DNA of 64,000 nucleotides from a virus. Both the position numbers and the translations under genes were made by a program. The notes below the pieces were generated by a model. The model saw only the letters and a program-made list of their open reading frames with translations, searched no databases and was not told the origin of the DNA. Shown in pieces: positions 36,824 to 46,788 of this stretch. Where the stretch lies: the IMG/VR virus record IMGVR_UViG_3300042534_000747. One strand, given 5' to 3'. Positions within the stretch are counted from its first letter, which is position 1; every line of letters starts with the position of its first letter.

Positions 36824-37651
36824 TTAATTAGTAATTGATTCGCCTGAAATTATGTAAGAATTGCAACAGGGAGATAGATATTCATCATTATAATATTGCA
36901 ATGTTATATTTAATTTAGATGTTGATTTAACAACAGGTTTTCTACAATTTAAACAATATCCTACATAATAAGTTTGTTTTTTAGATATTGGAATTGGTTT
37001 AGATATTGGAATTGGTTTTGACTTAGATTCAGGTAATGATACTTGATTTGAATCTACTATACCAAGTCCATCATATCTTATTTTAGCATGACAGCATTGT
37101 GTAATAGATGTTCTACTCATTTCAGTGACTTCTTTTTTAGTTTTTCTCAAACATATTAATGTATTGCATTTTTTACATCTTCCGACATGATATTTAATTT
37201 GATTAGGTTTTAAATTTATAAAATTTGCTTTATTATAATTATCCTCTAAACCATTTAATTTACCACATTTTTTAAATTCTATTCCATGTGGTTGAACATC
37301 TATGCTATAAAGTTCGTAAGTGTACCAATGATTTAACTCATGAATTAATATTTGTTCTAAATCATGTTCAGGATTATCAAAAATATTTTCTCTTATGTCT
37401 ATAGATATTGGTAAATAGTTTGCATGAAATTGTCTTTTATTTCTATTATCAATTATTACAATATCATTACCTTCAGGCATATATGTATACATTCTTAAAG
37501 TTGCCATTGTTTTTTTATTTTTAATAATATTAATCGGAATTTGATAATTAATTTCCCATTTTAAATTATTTTTAAGTAAATAATTAATTTTATTTTGTAT
37601 TTCATTTTGTATATTCATAACATCACTTTTTTGATTTACGATAAAATTCAT
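36824..37651 (-). CDS. SprT-like zinc metalloprotease, paralog of 33891
   Basis: LIHELNHWYTY...HGIEFKKCG, two Cys modules; ATG probably 37618. Confidence 0.8.
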   Translation of the reverse strand: MNFIVNQKSDVMNIQNEIQNKINYLLKNNLKWEINYQIPINIIKNKKTMATLRMYTYMPEGNDIVIIDNRNKRQFHANYLPISIDIRENIFDNPEHDLEQILIHELNHWYTYELYSIDVQPHGIEFKKCGKLNGLEDNYNKANFINLKPNQIKYHVGRCKKCNTLICLRKTKKEVTEMSRTSITQCCHAKIRYDGLGIVDSNQVSLPESKSKPIPISKPIPISKKQTYYVGYCLNCRKPVVKSTSKLNITLQYYNDEYLSPCCNSYIISGESITN

Positions 37652-37841
37652 AATCTTTTGAAAGTGCTTTTGATACTGGAACTTTGCGTTGTTTGGCTAA
37701 ATGAACAATTGCTAAATAAGATTGTTCTCTAGTCCATGTTTGAGTGCCTTTGAATAAGCTTTCAGTTAATACATTATCAATGTCTTTAGCTGTAAATTTC
37801 TTTCTTTTTGGATAAGTTCTTGCTATATCTTCATACATCAT
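37623..37841 (-). CDS. hypothetical basic protein
   Basis: 72-aa ORF, GGTGA SD. Confidence 0.6.
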   Translation of the reverse strand: MMYEDIARTYPKRKKFTAKDIDNVLTESLFKGTQTWTREQSYLAIVHLAKQRKVPVSKALSKDYEFYRKSKK

Positions 37842-37979
37842 TTTTATTCACCTTTTTAGAATTTTGCTTTTAGTTTCTTATATTAAATATTTCTTTTCAT
37901 CATTATTTATATAACTAATTATAAATAAATTTAATAGTATATAAATATTTTTAAAAAAGATAAGGGTTAAAAAAAGAAT

Positions 37980-40073
37980 TTACTTCTTTGAGTTGAAGTA
38001 AATTAAAGATACAATTAGTAATATTCCTAATGAAATTAATATATTTGAATATTCTTTTAATTTATCAAATGCATTTGTTGAATCTACAATATTTGAAATT
38101 GTTGAATTGTTAGTAGTTTCAATTATAGGTGTTGGTGTTTCTAATGTTGAACTTCCTGAACTTTCACTAGGTGAATCATCTTCAACTGCATTAGGGTCAT
38201 TACATGTGATATCCCATGTATTGATTTGTTCAAGCCAATCATTTGAATTGTAGGAATATAGGGCTATTGTATGCAGTCCTGTTGTTTCTAATGTAATATC
38301 GCATGATGGTGAAGTTGTGATTGTATCAGTTTCATATAATTCATCATCTAAATACCATTCATGAGTAGATAATGAATCAAATGTTTTTGTGAAAATTCCA
38401 GTGGTGTTTAAGAGTAATGTTCTTGTATTTTCATCTACATTGAAATATGTAGCTCCTGCTGTAATATCATATAAATTTAAATTATCTTCATAGATGAGCA
38501 ATGAATCTGTTGTTGAAGTAATTCCTAATTCTGCACCATCTAATTTTATTTCACTATTTGTAATGTCTGTTGATGGCATATTGTTTGTGATACTTGCTTT
38601 TATATCACTTTCAATTGAAGTGTATTCAATTGAAGGGTTAATTTCATAGGATGAATATACTTTTACCCAATCTATGTATATTTTGTCAGTTTGGACAATA
38701 TAAGCATTTCTCCAATAAATGAATAAATCTCCACCGCTTGCAGTTGTATATATACGGATATAATCTAATTGACTAAAATCAATTGTTCCACCTGATGTTG
38801 CCATAGTTGAAAGTGGAATTGTAAAAGTTTGCCAATCTGATGTTACTCCTAATCTTTGTATAGGTGTTCCATAATTTATTTCTTCAACATCACATGTTCC
38901 ACTACTTGATAATTCTAATGCACCACTACCTACTGCTGCATAAGAAGGGTTGTTACATTTTATATCAATAATTAAATAACCATCTTCTTTTGTAACACTT
39001 GATGCATCTACAGGTGTGAAAGCCATTTGTGCAACTGCTGCTGAACCAGATGGAGCATTACCACTTACTTCAGTTGAAGTGTATAATGTAATTTTTGGAA
39101 TAGAACCTTGTATAAATGATAATTCTTGTGCTATTGGATTTATATTGAAATTATGTGTTGCTAATAAGGAGTTGCCTTGATATGCATTTACTTCAGTTGC
39201 TTTTCTTTCAATTTTGTAAGTGTTATAATTAGTAGGGGTTGTTAATGTAAGTGAAGTATCTTCAGTATCTAATAAAGTGGAATGGGTAGTAAACATTGCT
39301 TGATTTGGTGAAGGTGTAGAATATATAGAACCACCATAACCATTATCTAAAAATGTTTGATAACGTTGGTTGTTGTCATACCATTTTGCTTTTGCTTCTA
39401 TTGTGCATGGAGCACTAAAAGAATTATCTGATATTAAAGAACCAGATATATCAGTTGGAGTTCCTCTTAGAATGAAATTATCACTATCAAAACTTAAATA
39501 ATCACCATTTTCCATATGCCATTTTGATGCATCCATTGAACCAGTATTAAATTCATCTATGAATGGTAAAATGGTATTGGTAGGGGTGTATCCTGAAGTA
39601 TCAGATATAATTAAATTATTTATGCTGCTTGCAATGATAGTTTCATCTATCCATACATCTAGTTCTTCATCTATAAAATATGGAATTGGAGATGCACTAC
39701 TTAGGTCTGATTCAGAAGCAGTTATGTCAATTCCCCATTTTTCATAGATGATTGTGGATGTTGATGTGGTGTCTAATTGTAGTTTTAGAGTTGTAGGGTC
39801 AGCATCAAATGAATATTCTTGTAACAGTTCATTACCTGAAACGTCATAATATTTTACATTTGAAAAATCAGATTCCATTCCATCAGTTAATGTTCTGGTT
39901 ATTTGGATTATTGAATCTGTAGATGTAACTGTATCAGTGATTGTTATTTCTCTAAAATAGGACTCTTCTTCACCATTTAGCAAAGTTGCTAAATTTAAAT
40001 GTGTGATAGAAAATAATCCTATCATTGATAGAAGAAGGATAATGAAAAATGTTTTTTTAGTTATTTTTATGAT
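37980..40073 (-). CDS. large cell-surface protein (DUF2341-like N-terminus, Ser/Thr-rich, C-terminal TM anchor)
   Basis: YFREITIT...DFSNVKYYD..GNEL; C-terminal TM + KK; signal peptide extends in-frame upstream of track ATG 40025 to ATC 40073 / ATA 40070. Confidence 0.7.
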   Translation of the reverse strand: MIKITKKTFFIILLLSMIGLFSITHLNLATLLNGEEESYFREITITDTVTSTDSIIQITRTLTDGMESDFSNVKYYDVSGNELLQEYSFDADPTTLKLQLDTTSTSTIIYEKWGIDITASESDLSSASPIPYFIDEELDVWIDETIIASSINNLIISDTSGYTPTNTILPFIDEFNTGSMDASKWHMENGDYLSFDSDNFILRGTPTDISGSLISDNSFSAPCTIEAKAKWYDNNQRYQTFLDNGYGGSIYSTPSPNQAMFTTHSTLLDTEDTSLTLTTPTNYNTYKIERKATEVNAYQGNSLLATHNFNINPIAQELSFIQGSIPKITLYTSTEVSGNAPSGSAAVAQMAFTPVDASSVTKEDGYLIIDIKCNNPSYAAVGSGALELSSSGTCDVEEINYGTPIQRLGVTSDWQTFTIPLSTMATSGGTIDFSQLDYIRIYTTASGGDLFIYWRNAYIVQTDKIYIDWVKVYSSYEINPSIEYTSIESDIKASITNNMPSTDITNSEIKLDGAELGITSTTDSLLIYEDNLNLYDITAGATYFNVDENTRTLLLNTTGIFTKTFDSLSTHEWYLDDELYETDTITTSPSCDITLETTGLHTIALYSYNSNDWLEQINTWDITCNDPNAVEDDSPSESSGSSTLETPTPIIETTNNSTISNIVDSTNAFDKLKEYSNILISLGILLIVSLIYFNSKK

Positions 40074-40155
40074 AAAAACTCCATAAACTTATATAAAGTA
40101 ATATAAAATTTATTAGTATATAAGCGTATGGATATTAGTTGTTGAGTAATTATTT

Positions 40156-40434
40156 TTATAAATCATTGATTGTTTTTGATTTTTTGTCATTGAATGATAA
40201 ATTGATTGAGTTATTAAGGTCTTGTTGAATGGTTTGTTTATATGAAAATATAGAGCATTTGTTATTGAAATAAGTAAATGTTGGTTTTTCTAAATAACAT
40301 AGGAAAGTTTTTATTGTGGTTATTCCTTCAAGTATTTGTTTATTTTTTTCATTTCTACTGTAGAGGACATTTTCAATTTCTTTTTCTTTGCAATAAATGC
40401 AATTTTTGCATATTCTCTTTTGTTTTTCAGACAT
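40156..40434 (-). CDS. Cys-containing protein
   Basis: CKNCIYC...C...C. Confidence 0.55.
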   Translation of the reverse strand: MSEKQKRICKNCIYCKEKEIENVLYSRNEKNKQILEGITTIKTFLCYLEKPTFTYFNNKCSIFSYKQTIQQDLNNSINLSFNDKKSKTINDL

Positions 40435-40724
40435 TATTTTTCACCATAGGTTGATATTAAGAATGAATTTGCCATTACTGAGCCAATTAGAGCAGATGTA
40501 ATGTTATTTTTGGCAATATGATAATGAGGGATGTTGTCTACAATTGTTTTAATGGTGATGATGCCATTGAATTGAAGTTCTTCAAGTTTTTTAGAAAGAT
40601 AATTTGGATGAATCATTGTATAATTGCTTATTTCTTCTATAGTGTAGGCAAATGCTGCATTTTCAGCTAAGAAATCAATTATTTGAATTTCTGGTGTTAT
40701 CCCTAAAAAATGTTGTAGTGACAT
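40434..40724 (-). CDS. archaeal-type winged-helix regulator
   Basis: QIIDFL...YTIEEIS...LSKKLEEL...GII. Confidence 0.65.
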   Translation of the reverse strand: MSLQHFLGITPEIQIIDFLAENAAFAYTIEEISNYTMIHPNYLSKKLEELQFNGIITIKTIVDNIPHYHIAKNNITSALIGSVMANSFLISTYGEK

Positions 40725-40732
40725 AATATTAC

Positions 40733-41113
40733 CTAATTGTTTATTGAAATAATTGGAAGTTTAATTATTTTGAATTGGAATTGTTTTTTGAGTTTTCTCA
40801 TTGTTATAGTATCATAAGGGTGTTTTTCAGCTAATCTATCTTTAATTCTGTTGATGTCGTTGACATCAATTGCATTTGTTATTAGATGTGTAATTGCATA
40901 TTCATGATTTTGAGGGAAATCAACTAGGAGAAATTGAGTTTCCTTTTTAAAATTATTTTTAGCAATTGTGTATTTATTACATGATTTATTAGTTATTGAT
41001 AAAACTCTTGCAAATTCATTGAAATGTTTGGTTTTGAACTTGTTAACATCATTAATGTTTACAATGTCACCTTCTTTTAAAGATGATATTACATAAAATT
41101 TATTTTCCATCAT
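40733..41113 (-). CDS. hypothetical protein
   Basis: 126-aa ORF. Confidence 0.6.
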   Translation of the reverse strand: MMENKFYVISSLKEGDIVNINDVNKFKTKHFNEFARVLSITNKSCNKYTIAKNNFKKETQFLLVDFPQNHEYAITHLITNAIDVNDINRIKDRLAEKHPYDTITMRKLKKQFQFKIIKLPIISINN

Positions 41114-41160
41114 AGTAAGTCAGTTAATGTATTTCATGTTATTTAAAATTAACTAAAATT

Positions 41161-41808
41161 TTAGTTATGTAATTTATCATCAAATTCTTCATTAATCCAT
41201 TTTCCCATAAGAGTTTTTGATTCATCAGTAATTAATGATGGATTATTTGATATTTCATCAATTGAATAATTTGATTGAATAGAGCCATAATTTTTGATTA
41301 CTATTCCTTCAATTTTATCTGCACCTAATATAGATTTACGATTAGCAAGAATTGTCATTATTTGATGAATTTCAGATATTGATGGTGCTATAGGGAAGTG
41401 TAATTTACCAATTTGCAATTTAGGGTTATGGTGAGGATATATGACAGGCTCATAGCCTTCTACTTCAATTATTCTATCGAATATTATATGTGAACCTTCA
41501 GTGAAATCAGTGTATTTTATAATGTGGTCATGTACACTATTTTTACATGAAATATCTTCAAACATTTTCGTTATTCTGTAAGAATTATATTTTGAATCTT
41601 CAATATTTAGATAAATTTTAGAACCCATTTTCCCATCGATTTTTTCATGAAATTCAACTGTACCTGTAAACAATTTTTGTATTTGTTCATTATTTAGGTA
41701 ACGTTTTGTTGGATTGAATAAACCATGAGGTATTCTAAGAATATGAGAATGATACCAAGATTCAAGTTGTCCTTTTGTTTTCATATTTTTCACCAATAAG
41801 GAATACAA
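41161..41808 (-). CDS. minimal ATP-dependent (RNA) ligase / nucleotidyltransferase domain
   Basis: motif I EKIDG, III FD, IV EGIVIK, V GKWINEEF. Confidence 0.7.
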   Translation of the reverse strand: MYSLLVKNMKTKGQLESWYHSHILRIPHGLFNPTKRYLNNEQIQKLFTGTVEFHEKIDGKMGSKIYLNIEDSKYNSYRITKMFEDISCKNSVHDHIIKYTDFTEGSHIIFDRIIEVEGYEPVIYPHHNPKLQIGKLHFPIAPSISEIHQIMTILANRKSILGADKIEGIVIKNYGSIQSNYSIDEISNNPSLITDESKTLMGKWINEEFDDKLHN

Positions 41809-41931
41809 TGGTATTAATGTTATTTAATGGTTTGTGAAATAAATCAGGAAATGTTTATGTTTGCAACTAAAAGTATATATAAGATGGTTGCATAGTAGTA
41901 TTGTCGAAAGACGAAATGTAGGTGAATAATA

Positions 41932-42228
41932 ATGGATAAGAATACAATTAGCGAAATGGAAAAAGAATCTAGTGATATGTGGAATATGGCAAAAACTATT
42001 GAACCTGATATGACAGGTGGAAAGCCAACAGACAGTGGAAAATTTGTGAAGCACTATCAATATGATGCTTACAATCAGGTTTACGTTGAATTGTATGAAA
42101 ATGGTGCTCTTTTTGTTTATGTGCCAACTGGAAGGAATGAATGGTATTATAACAAACAGTTGGCTTTTAATAAGGCAAAGATGCTAGGTGGTAGAGCTAA
42201 GAATTTGAATAAGATGTTTGGGTTTTGA
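41932..42228 (+). CDS. hypothetical protein
   Basis: AGGTGA SD; first gene of a plus-strand operon. Confidence 0.7.
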   Translation: MDKNTISEMEKESSDMWNMAKTIEPDMTGGKPTDSGKFVKHYQYDAYNQVYVELYENGALFVYVPTGRNEWYYNKQLAFNKAKMLGGRAKNLNKMFGF

Positions 42229-42255
42229 ACCCATTTTTTATAAAGGTGATGATTA

Positions 42256-42825
42256 ATGGCAAACAATGATAAAGGGTATTATGAAGAGAATTATGCAGGG
42301 TATGAAACTTCTAATGAAGTAATTGATGCAATTGAAGAAATTTCAGGTGAAATAGGTGTAGATTTTGATGATATATGGAATGATGGATATACTCAGGATT
42401 TTTCATCAGATGAAATTTTGGAAAAGGTTGTTAATATAATTTTGAAAAATGAAGGAGAAGATGTAAGGGGTGAATTTTTTTATTGGGGAAATAGTTTATT
42501 TGAAATTCCACATATGATTGATGTTTTGAATGTGTATGATGGTGGTGAAACTGTTGCAATTGGAACTGATGAACAGGCAATTGAATGGTTGAAAAATGTA
42601 ATTGATGAATGGGATGATGAAATACTTGTTAGTGAATTGGAAAATTATAGAAAGGTAAGTTTGATTGATGTAATCAATGGAAATGGTGATTCATATAAGT
42701 ATATTGATGGTGATATTTCTGAAAGAATTGAATGGATTGAAGGTGTACTTGATTATGAACAGAGGACTACAATTTTTGTAATTAATGAATATTTGGAAAA
42801 GCATTGTCCTGAATATGAAAATTGA
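42256..42825 (+). CDS. highly acidic protein
   Basis: D/E-rich 189 aa. Confidence 0.7.
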   Translation: MANNDKGYYEENYAGYETSNEVIDAIEEISGEIGVDFDDIWNDGYTQDFSSDEILEKVVNIILKNEGEDVRGEFFYWGNSLFEIPHMIDVLNVYDGGETVAIGTDEQAIEWLKNVIDEWDDEILVSELENYRKVSLIDVINGNGDSYKYIDGDISERIEWIEGVLDYEQRTTIFVINEYLEKHCPEYEN

Positions 42826-42839
42826 ATAGGTGATGATAA

Positions 42840-43079
42840 ATGGGAAATATGGGATATTGTAGATTTGAAAATACAGAAGATGATTTGTTGGATTGTTTTA
42901 ATGCAATTCGTGAAAAGAATATTGAATCAGAAGAAGAGAGGGAAACTGCAAAGGAAATGTTGAAGGATATGGTGAGTTTTCTTATTGATGAAGGGATAAT
43001 TAGTGATGAAGCAGGTAGAGGAACTGATGATAAGATTGATGAATTGATTGATTCATGTGGTGATGAAGAGGATGATTAG
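42840..43079 (+). CDS. conserved small phage protein
   Basis: MGNMGYCRFENT..DL.DC motif. Confidence 0.7.
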   Translation: MGNMGYCRFENTEDDLLDCFNAIREKNIESEEERETAKEMLKDMVSFLIDEGIISDEAGRGTDDKIDELIDSCGDEEDD

Positions 43080-43278
43080 GTATGAACCTCATGAAAGTTC
43101 GGTAGTTAATTCTGCCGGACAATTTTTTGTTAACAAACGGAATTTTGGAAAAAAAGCTGAAATTTGGATTGATGAATTGAAAGTAAGTGAAGTTGAAATT
43201 GATAAAAGCAAAATTTATGTTGGGAGAGATTTTGTAGGGAAAGAAGTTGAGATTTATTTTGTGAAACATTTGATGTAA
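43048..43278 (+). CDS. tandem AbrB/DUF2080-like protein
   Basis: two units ...GKKAEIWI / KIYVGRDFVGKEVEIYF. Confidence 0.45.
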   Translation: MIHVVMKRMIRYEPHESSVVNSAGQFFVNKRNFGKKAEIWIDELKVSEVEIDKSKIYVGRDFVGKEVEIYFVKHLM

Positions 43279-43313
43279 AAATCTTTATATAGTGTTGAAA
43301 GTATTTTACTTTA

Positions 43314-43712
43314 ATGAAAAATGATTTTAAGGAGAAAAGATTTAAAAATTATGTTCATGAATATGTTAATTATAAAAATATTTTTTTAAGAAGGCAATTT
43401 GTGAATAGGCAAAGAATGGTTAGTATTTTTGAAATGATGAAGTTGTGGGGATTTGAAGAGCAATATGTAAAGATGTTGAAGAGTATTGATTCAAAAATGA
43501 AGAAAGGTGAATACTGTATTGTTGAAAATTCAAATGATAGAGTGTTTGCACCACAAATGTATGAAACGCATATGTATAACTTGCATAGTAAAAAAATATT
43601 AACTTATACAATTTTCAAGAATGTTAAAATTGGAAATAGAAATGTTGATATTGAGCAAAGTAGAGGATTAATTAATTTCAATGGGAAGAAAATTAAATTT
43701 GTGAATAAATAA
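43314..43712 (+). CDS. hypothetical protein
   Basis: 132-aa ORF. Confidence 0.65.
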   Translation: MKNDFKEKRFKNYVHEYVNYKNIFLRRQFVNRQRMVSIFEMMKLWGFEEQYVKMLKSIDSKMKKGEYCIVENSNDRVFAPQMYETHMYNLHSKKILTYTIFKNVKIGNRNVDIEQSRGLINFNGKKIKFVNK

Positions 43713-43726
43713 TGAAGGTGTAAAAT

Positions 43727-43960
43727 ATGAAAAATGAATCAGAATATGTGAAAGGTAAAGAGGTAGTTGCTTTTAATCAAAGTAATTATCCAGTGATGGT
43801 TGAAGTATTTGAAGTTAATGATGATTATGTTAAGTTTGCTTCAAATTTGAGCAAGAAGGTTATTACAAGCAGTGTAAAATATGGAACTGAAGATAGACCT
43901 TATTTTATGCATCATGGAGAAAAGTATTATTTAGATGAATGTATGAGAGTTGGATTTTGA
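43727..43960 (+). CDS. hypothetical protein
   Basis: 77-aa ORF. Confidence 0.65.
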   Translation: MKNESEYVKGKEVVAFNQSNYPVMVEVFEVNDDYVKFASNLSKKVITSSVKYGTEDRPYFMHHGEKYYLDECMRVGF

Positions 43961-43963
43961 ATA

Positions 43964-43989
43964 TATGAAGAGAATTATTCCTCTTCATA
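43964..43989. terminator. hairpin between convergent genes
   Basis: TATGAAGAG-N8-CTCTTCATA. Confidence 0.6.
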
Positions 43990-44233
43990 CACATTGAATA
44001 TTTTGTGGTGGAGTAATTGTATCAATTGAAAAATCTTCTTTCATGTATTTATTCATTACTTCTTGGGTAATTGTGCTCATTATATGTTCTTTTATTTTTT
44101 CATTATTTGACATATGTGATTTTGCTAAAATTAAAATTGCATCATTTAAGTGACAATTGTTATCATTCATTATTTTGTGAAGTACCCATAGTGAGTATTC
44201 ATCAAGTGTTGTATGTATTCGCTTTTTGGTCAT
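43985..44233 (-). CDS. ribbon-helix-helix-like regulator
   Basis: MTKKRIHTTLDE; ATG 44233 behind GAGGGG. Confidence 0.55.
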   Translation of the reverse strand: MTKKRIHTTLDEYSLWVLHKIMNDNNCHLNDAILILAKSHMSNNEKIKEHIMSTITQEVMNKYMKEDFSIDTITPPQNIQCV

Positions 44234-44324
44234 ATAAATCCCCTCTAATGTTCTGTGATTGCAATACATAGAAGGGTAGTCATTATATAAAAAGGTAATT
44301 AAAAATATAGTTAAAAATATATTT

Positions 44325-44708
44325 CTAATGATTAAGGAATGTAAGGTTTTCGATGTCTGCATTTGAAAGGTCATTACCATACATGTAGTTGCCATTTTCA
44401 TTGTAGTAATCTAATGACATGGTGTTTGCATCAATCTCTCTCAGTTCGCCATAATAGAGGACTTTATCAAGATGGAAAAGGGTATTTCCTAATTTATCTT
44501 CATAGCCTGTGCTAAAACGTGAATCTATTAGATTGAAATCATTCATAATCATTTCATCAATGTATTCTCTTATTGATTTATTGTTGTTTAAACCAAAGAT
44601 AATTTCATTGACTGTATGAATTGTGTAATGCATTATTTCAGACTTTGCATTTTTAAAAACAAAAAGAATTTCATTGTTTGCCATAATAAGTAAATGAATG
44701 GCAAACAA
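44325..44708 (-). CDS. hypothetical protein
   Basis: ORF; ATG probably 44684. Confidence 0.55.
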   Translation of the reverse strand: MFAIHLLIMANNEILFVFKNAKSEIMHYTIHTVNEIIFGLNNNKSIREYIDEMIMNDFNLIDSRFSTGYEDKLGNTLFHLDKVLYYGELREIDANTMSLDYYNENGNYMYGNDLSNADIENLTFLNH

Positions 44709-44736
44709 ATTATATAAAGGTTTGGTTAAAAAAGTA

Positions 44737-44952
44737 TTAAATTATTGAATATTGGACATTTTGTTCAAGTCCTGCATTCATTAATCTCATAAATCTTTCA
44801 GTTTCCCATTCATCACCTGTTTCTATGTTCATTTCATAATCATCTTCAATATTATGAATGTATTGCCTTTCAACAGGGATGCCATTAGTGATTATTTTTT
44901 CAAGTTTCATATGATTTACAGTTTTAGACATTATTAATTTAACATTATCCAT
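44737..44952 (-). CDS. hypothetical protein
   Basis: 71 aa behind cassette. Confidence 0.65.
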   Translation of the reverse strand: MDNVKLIMSKTVNHMKLEKIITNGIPVERQYIHNIEDDYEMNIETGDEWETERFMRLMNAGLEQNVQYSII

Positions 44953-44958
44953 TATAAT

Positions 44959-45016
44959 TCACCTACAAGTTAATAATAGGTGTTAATGGTATATAAATGT
45001 TTGCAAAAAAAGGAAA
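44959..45016 (-). promoter_or_regulatory. terminator/promoter/palindrome/SD cassette
   Basis: CACCTA-N11-TAGGTG plus TATA. Confidence 0.75.
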
Positions 45017-45280
45017 TTATTTGAAATTATAATAGGTTGAAATTGTGAATAGCATTATTGATAAAGTGAAAATTTCTAAATCAGATTTTAGGATTTCAGC
45101 AGGAATTGATTTTTGTTTTATTAGATGCAAGATGTAGATGTTGACTAAAACATATATGAAAAATAAGGCAGAAATTGCATTTTGAATTATTGCATGTTCT
45201 GAAGAAAAAGATGTAATTGCTAATATTAAGTAAAGAATAATGTTTGTTTTGTATAGATTTGATTTTGTGTATAATTTCAT
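45017..45280 (-). CDS. small 3-TM protein
   Basis: hydrophobic pattern. Confidence 0.6.
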   Translation of the reverse strand: MKLYTKSNLYKTNIILYLILAITSFSSEHAIIQNAISALFFIYVLVNIYILHLIKQKSIPAEILKSDLEIFTLSIMLFTISTYYNFK

Positions 45281-45327
45281 AATTGTTTAATTCATTTTAA
45301 ATATAAAAAGGTTGACAAATATAATTT

Positions 45328-45675
45328 TTATCTGCCAAATTCAAGGATTTGATTCATTATAGAAAAGAATGAATCCAATGATGATACATTAATTTCATCT
45401 TGCATTGAAAGAGAGCTGTAAATGATTCTTGAACCTGTTGAAAGCACTTCACATACTTCAATGATGTTACCATTGTATGTACGGACTGTGAATGTTGCAT
45501 TCTGGGATGAAATTTTCATTAAAGGCATACCTGAATCTATTTCAGCAGTTACATCATATGGGAGATTTTCATAAAGATAACCTTCTGTAAGGAGTGTTGC
45601 TGCAATAATTGTATCTGTTGATATTTTCTTCATTTCTGCTTTTACGATATTGTTCATTATTTCTTTCATTGACAT
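45328..45675 (-). CDS. hypothetical protein
   Basis: 115 aa, TAGGTG SD. Confidence 0.65.
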   Translation of the reverse strand: MSMKEIMNNIVKAEMKKISTDTIIAATLLTEGYLYENLPYDVTAEIDSGMPLMKISSQNATFTVRTYNGNIIEVCEVLSTGSRIIYSSLSMQDEINVSSLDSFFSIMNQILEFGR

Positions 45676-45685
45676 TTTAATGCAC

Positions 45686-45877
45686 CTACACTACATTTAC
45701 ATAGTTTCTGATTATCTGAAGTTTCTGAGTTGAAGTTGAATCTTCAGACCTTATTGCGTTCATCATTTCTTTTGCTTCATTGTGGAATCCTGCACATTTA
45801 AGAGAATGGTATGCATTTCCTATCAATGTGAAAATATTTCCTTCACTTTCTACAAGTTTACATTCTGGTTTTGTCAT
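45686..45877 (-). CDS. small conserved phage protein
   Basis: P.CKL...EGNIF.LIG...L..AG...A.EM. Confidence 0.6.
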   Translation of the reverse strand: MTKPECKLVESEGNIFTLIGNAYHSLKCAGFHNEAKEMMNAIRSEDSTSTQKLQIIRNYVNVV

Positions 45878-45968
45878 AATTATTTCTCCTTATTCTTTAT
45901 TATTATAATCATTACTTTTATAAATAACATTCTATTTTTATACGATGTTTACTTAATGCCTATGAAAA

Positions 45969-46214
45969 TTAAAAATAAGTAACTTTTACAGGTGTTACTT
46001 TTGCATCAATTACTTTACATTTGATATTAGGGAAATTCTCTTTCATATAATCAATTGCCATATTGGGAGAGGTTTTGAATGTTAATGCCATGTTGCCTAA
46101 TGTTTTGTCAGAGTAAGGGCATGGCAAGTTAGTATCAAATGTTATAGAATCCAATTGACCATTTTGTAAGAGAATTGTAACTTTTTTAATATCTATTTCC
46201 ATATTTATCACCAT
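45969..46214 (-). CDS. hypothetical protein
   Basis: 81 aa. Confidence 0.6.
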   Translation of the reverse strand: MVINMEIDIKKVTILLQNGQLDSITFDTNLPCPYSDKTLGNMALTFKTSPNMAIDYMKENFPNIKCKVIDAKVTPVKVTYF

Positions 46215-46429
46215 ACATTTATTATAAGGGTTCTTGTTTTGAAACAGTTATCAGCTTCAACAATTCTGTAATCTGTTACATTACGAAGGATTTGACCTTC
46301 TTTTGCAAAACCATCATTAACATCAGTATCTATGAATGAGTTGCCAATTTTGAATGCAATACGCTTGACATTTTCTTCATGTCTACTACCATCTTTACAA
46401 ATTATTATAACTTTCTTGTCATTTGCCAT
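46208..46429 (-). CDS. hypothetical protein
   Basis: 73 aa behind cassette at 46437-46482. Confidence 0.65.
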   Translation of the reverse strand: MANDKKVIIICKDGSRHEENVKRIAFKIGNSFIDTDVNDGFAKEGQILRNVTDYRIVEADNCFKTRTLIINVW

Positions 46430-46528
46430 AATTAATTCACCTACAATGGTATAGAAGGGTGTTAAAGTATATAAATGTTTGTTAAATTATGGTAAATTGG
46501 CTTCTTGTATAAAATTCATGATGTCACT

Positions 46529-46750
46529 TTAAATTATAAATTGATATATATTACTATTTAATTTAACTTTTACATGAAATATTTCATTACATTGTGAACA
46601 TTTGTAATATATATAATGCATTCTGTCTTCACGGTTATATTCAAAATTTATAAATTTAAAATTAATCATGTTTCTTTGAGGTTTTTTATTATGAAATCCA
46701 CAATTGGAACATTTTAACATTTTTTTAATTTCTATTTGCATTATCATCAA
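46529..46750 (-). CDS. zinc-ribbon protein
   Basis: CSNC...CSQC. Confidence 0.55.
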   Translation of the reverse strand: MMIMQIEIKKMLKCSNCGFHNKKPQRNMINFKFINFEYNREDRMHYIYYKCSQCNEIFHVKVKLNSNIYQFII

Positions 46751-46788
46751 CTTGGTTTATTTTTAAGTCTTTCTATTAATGCAATGGT

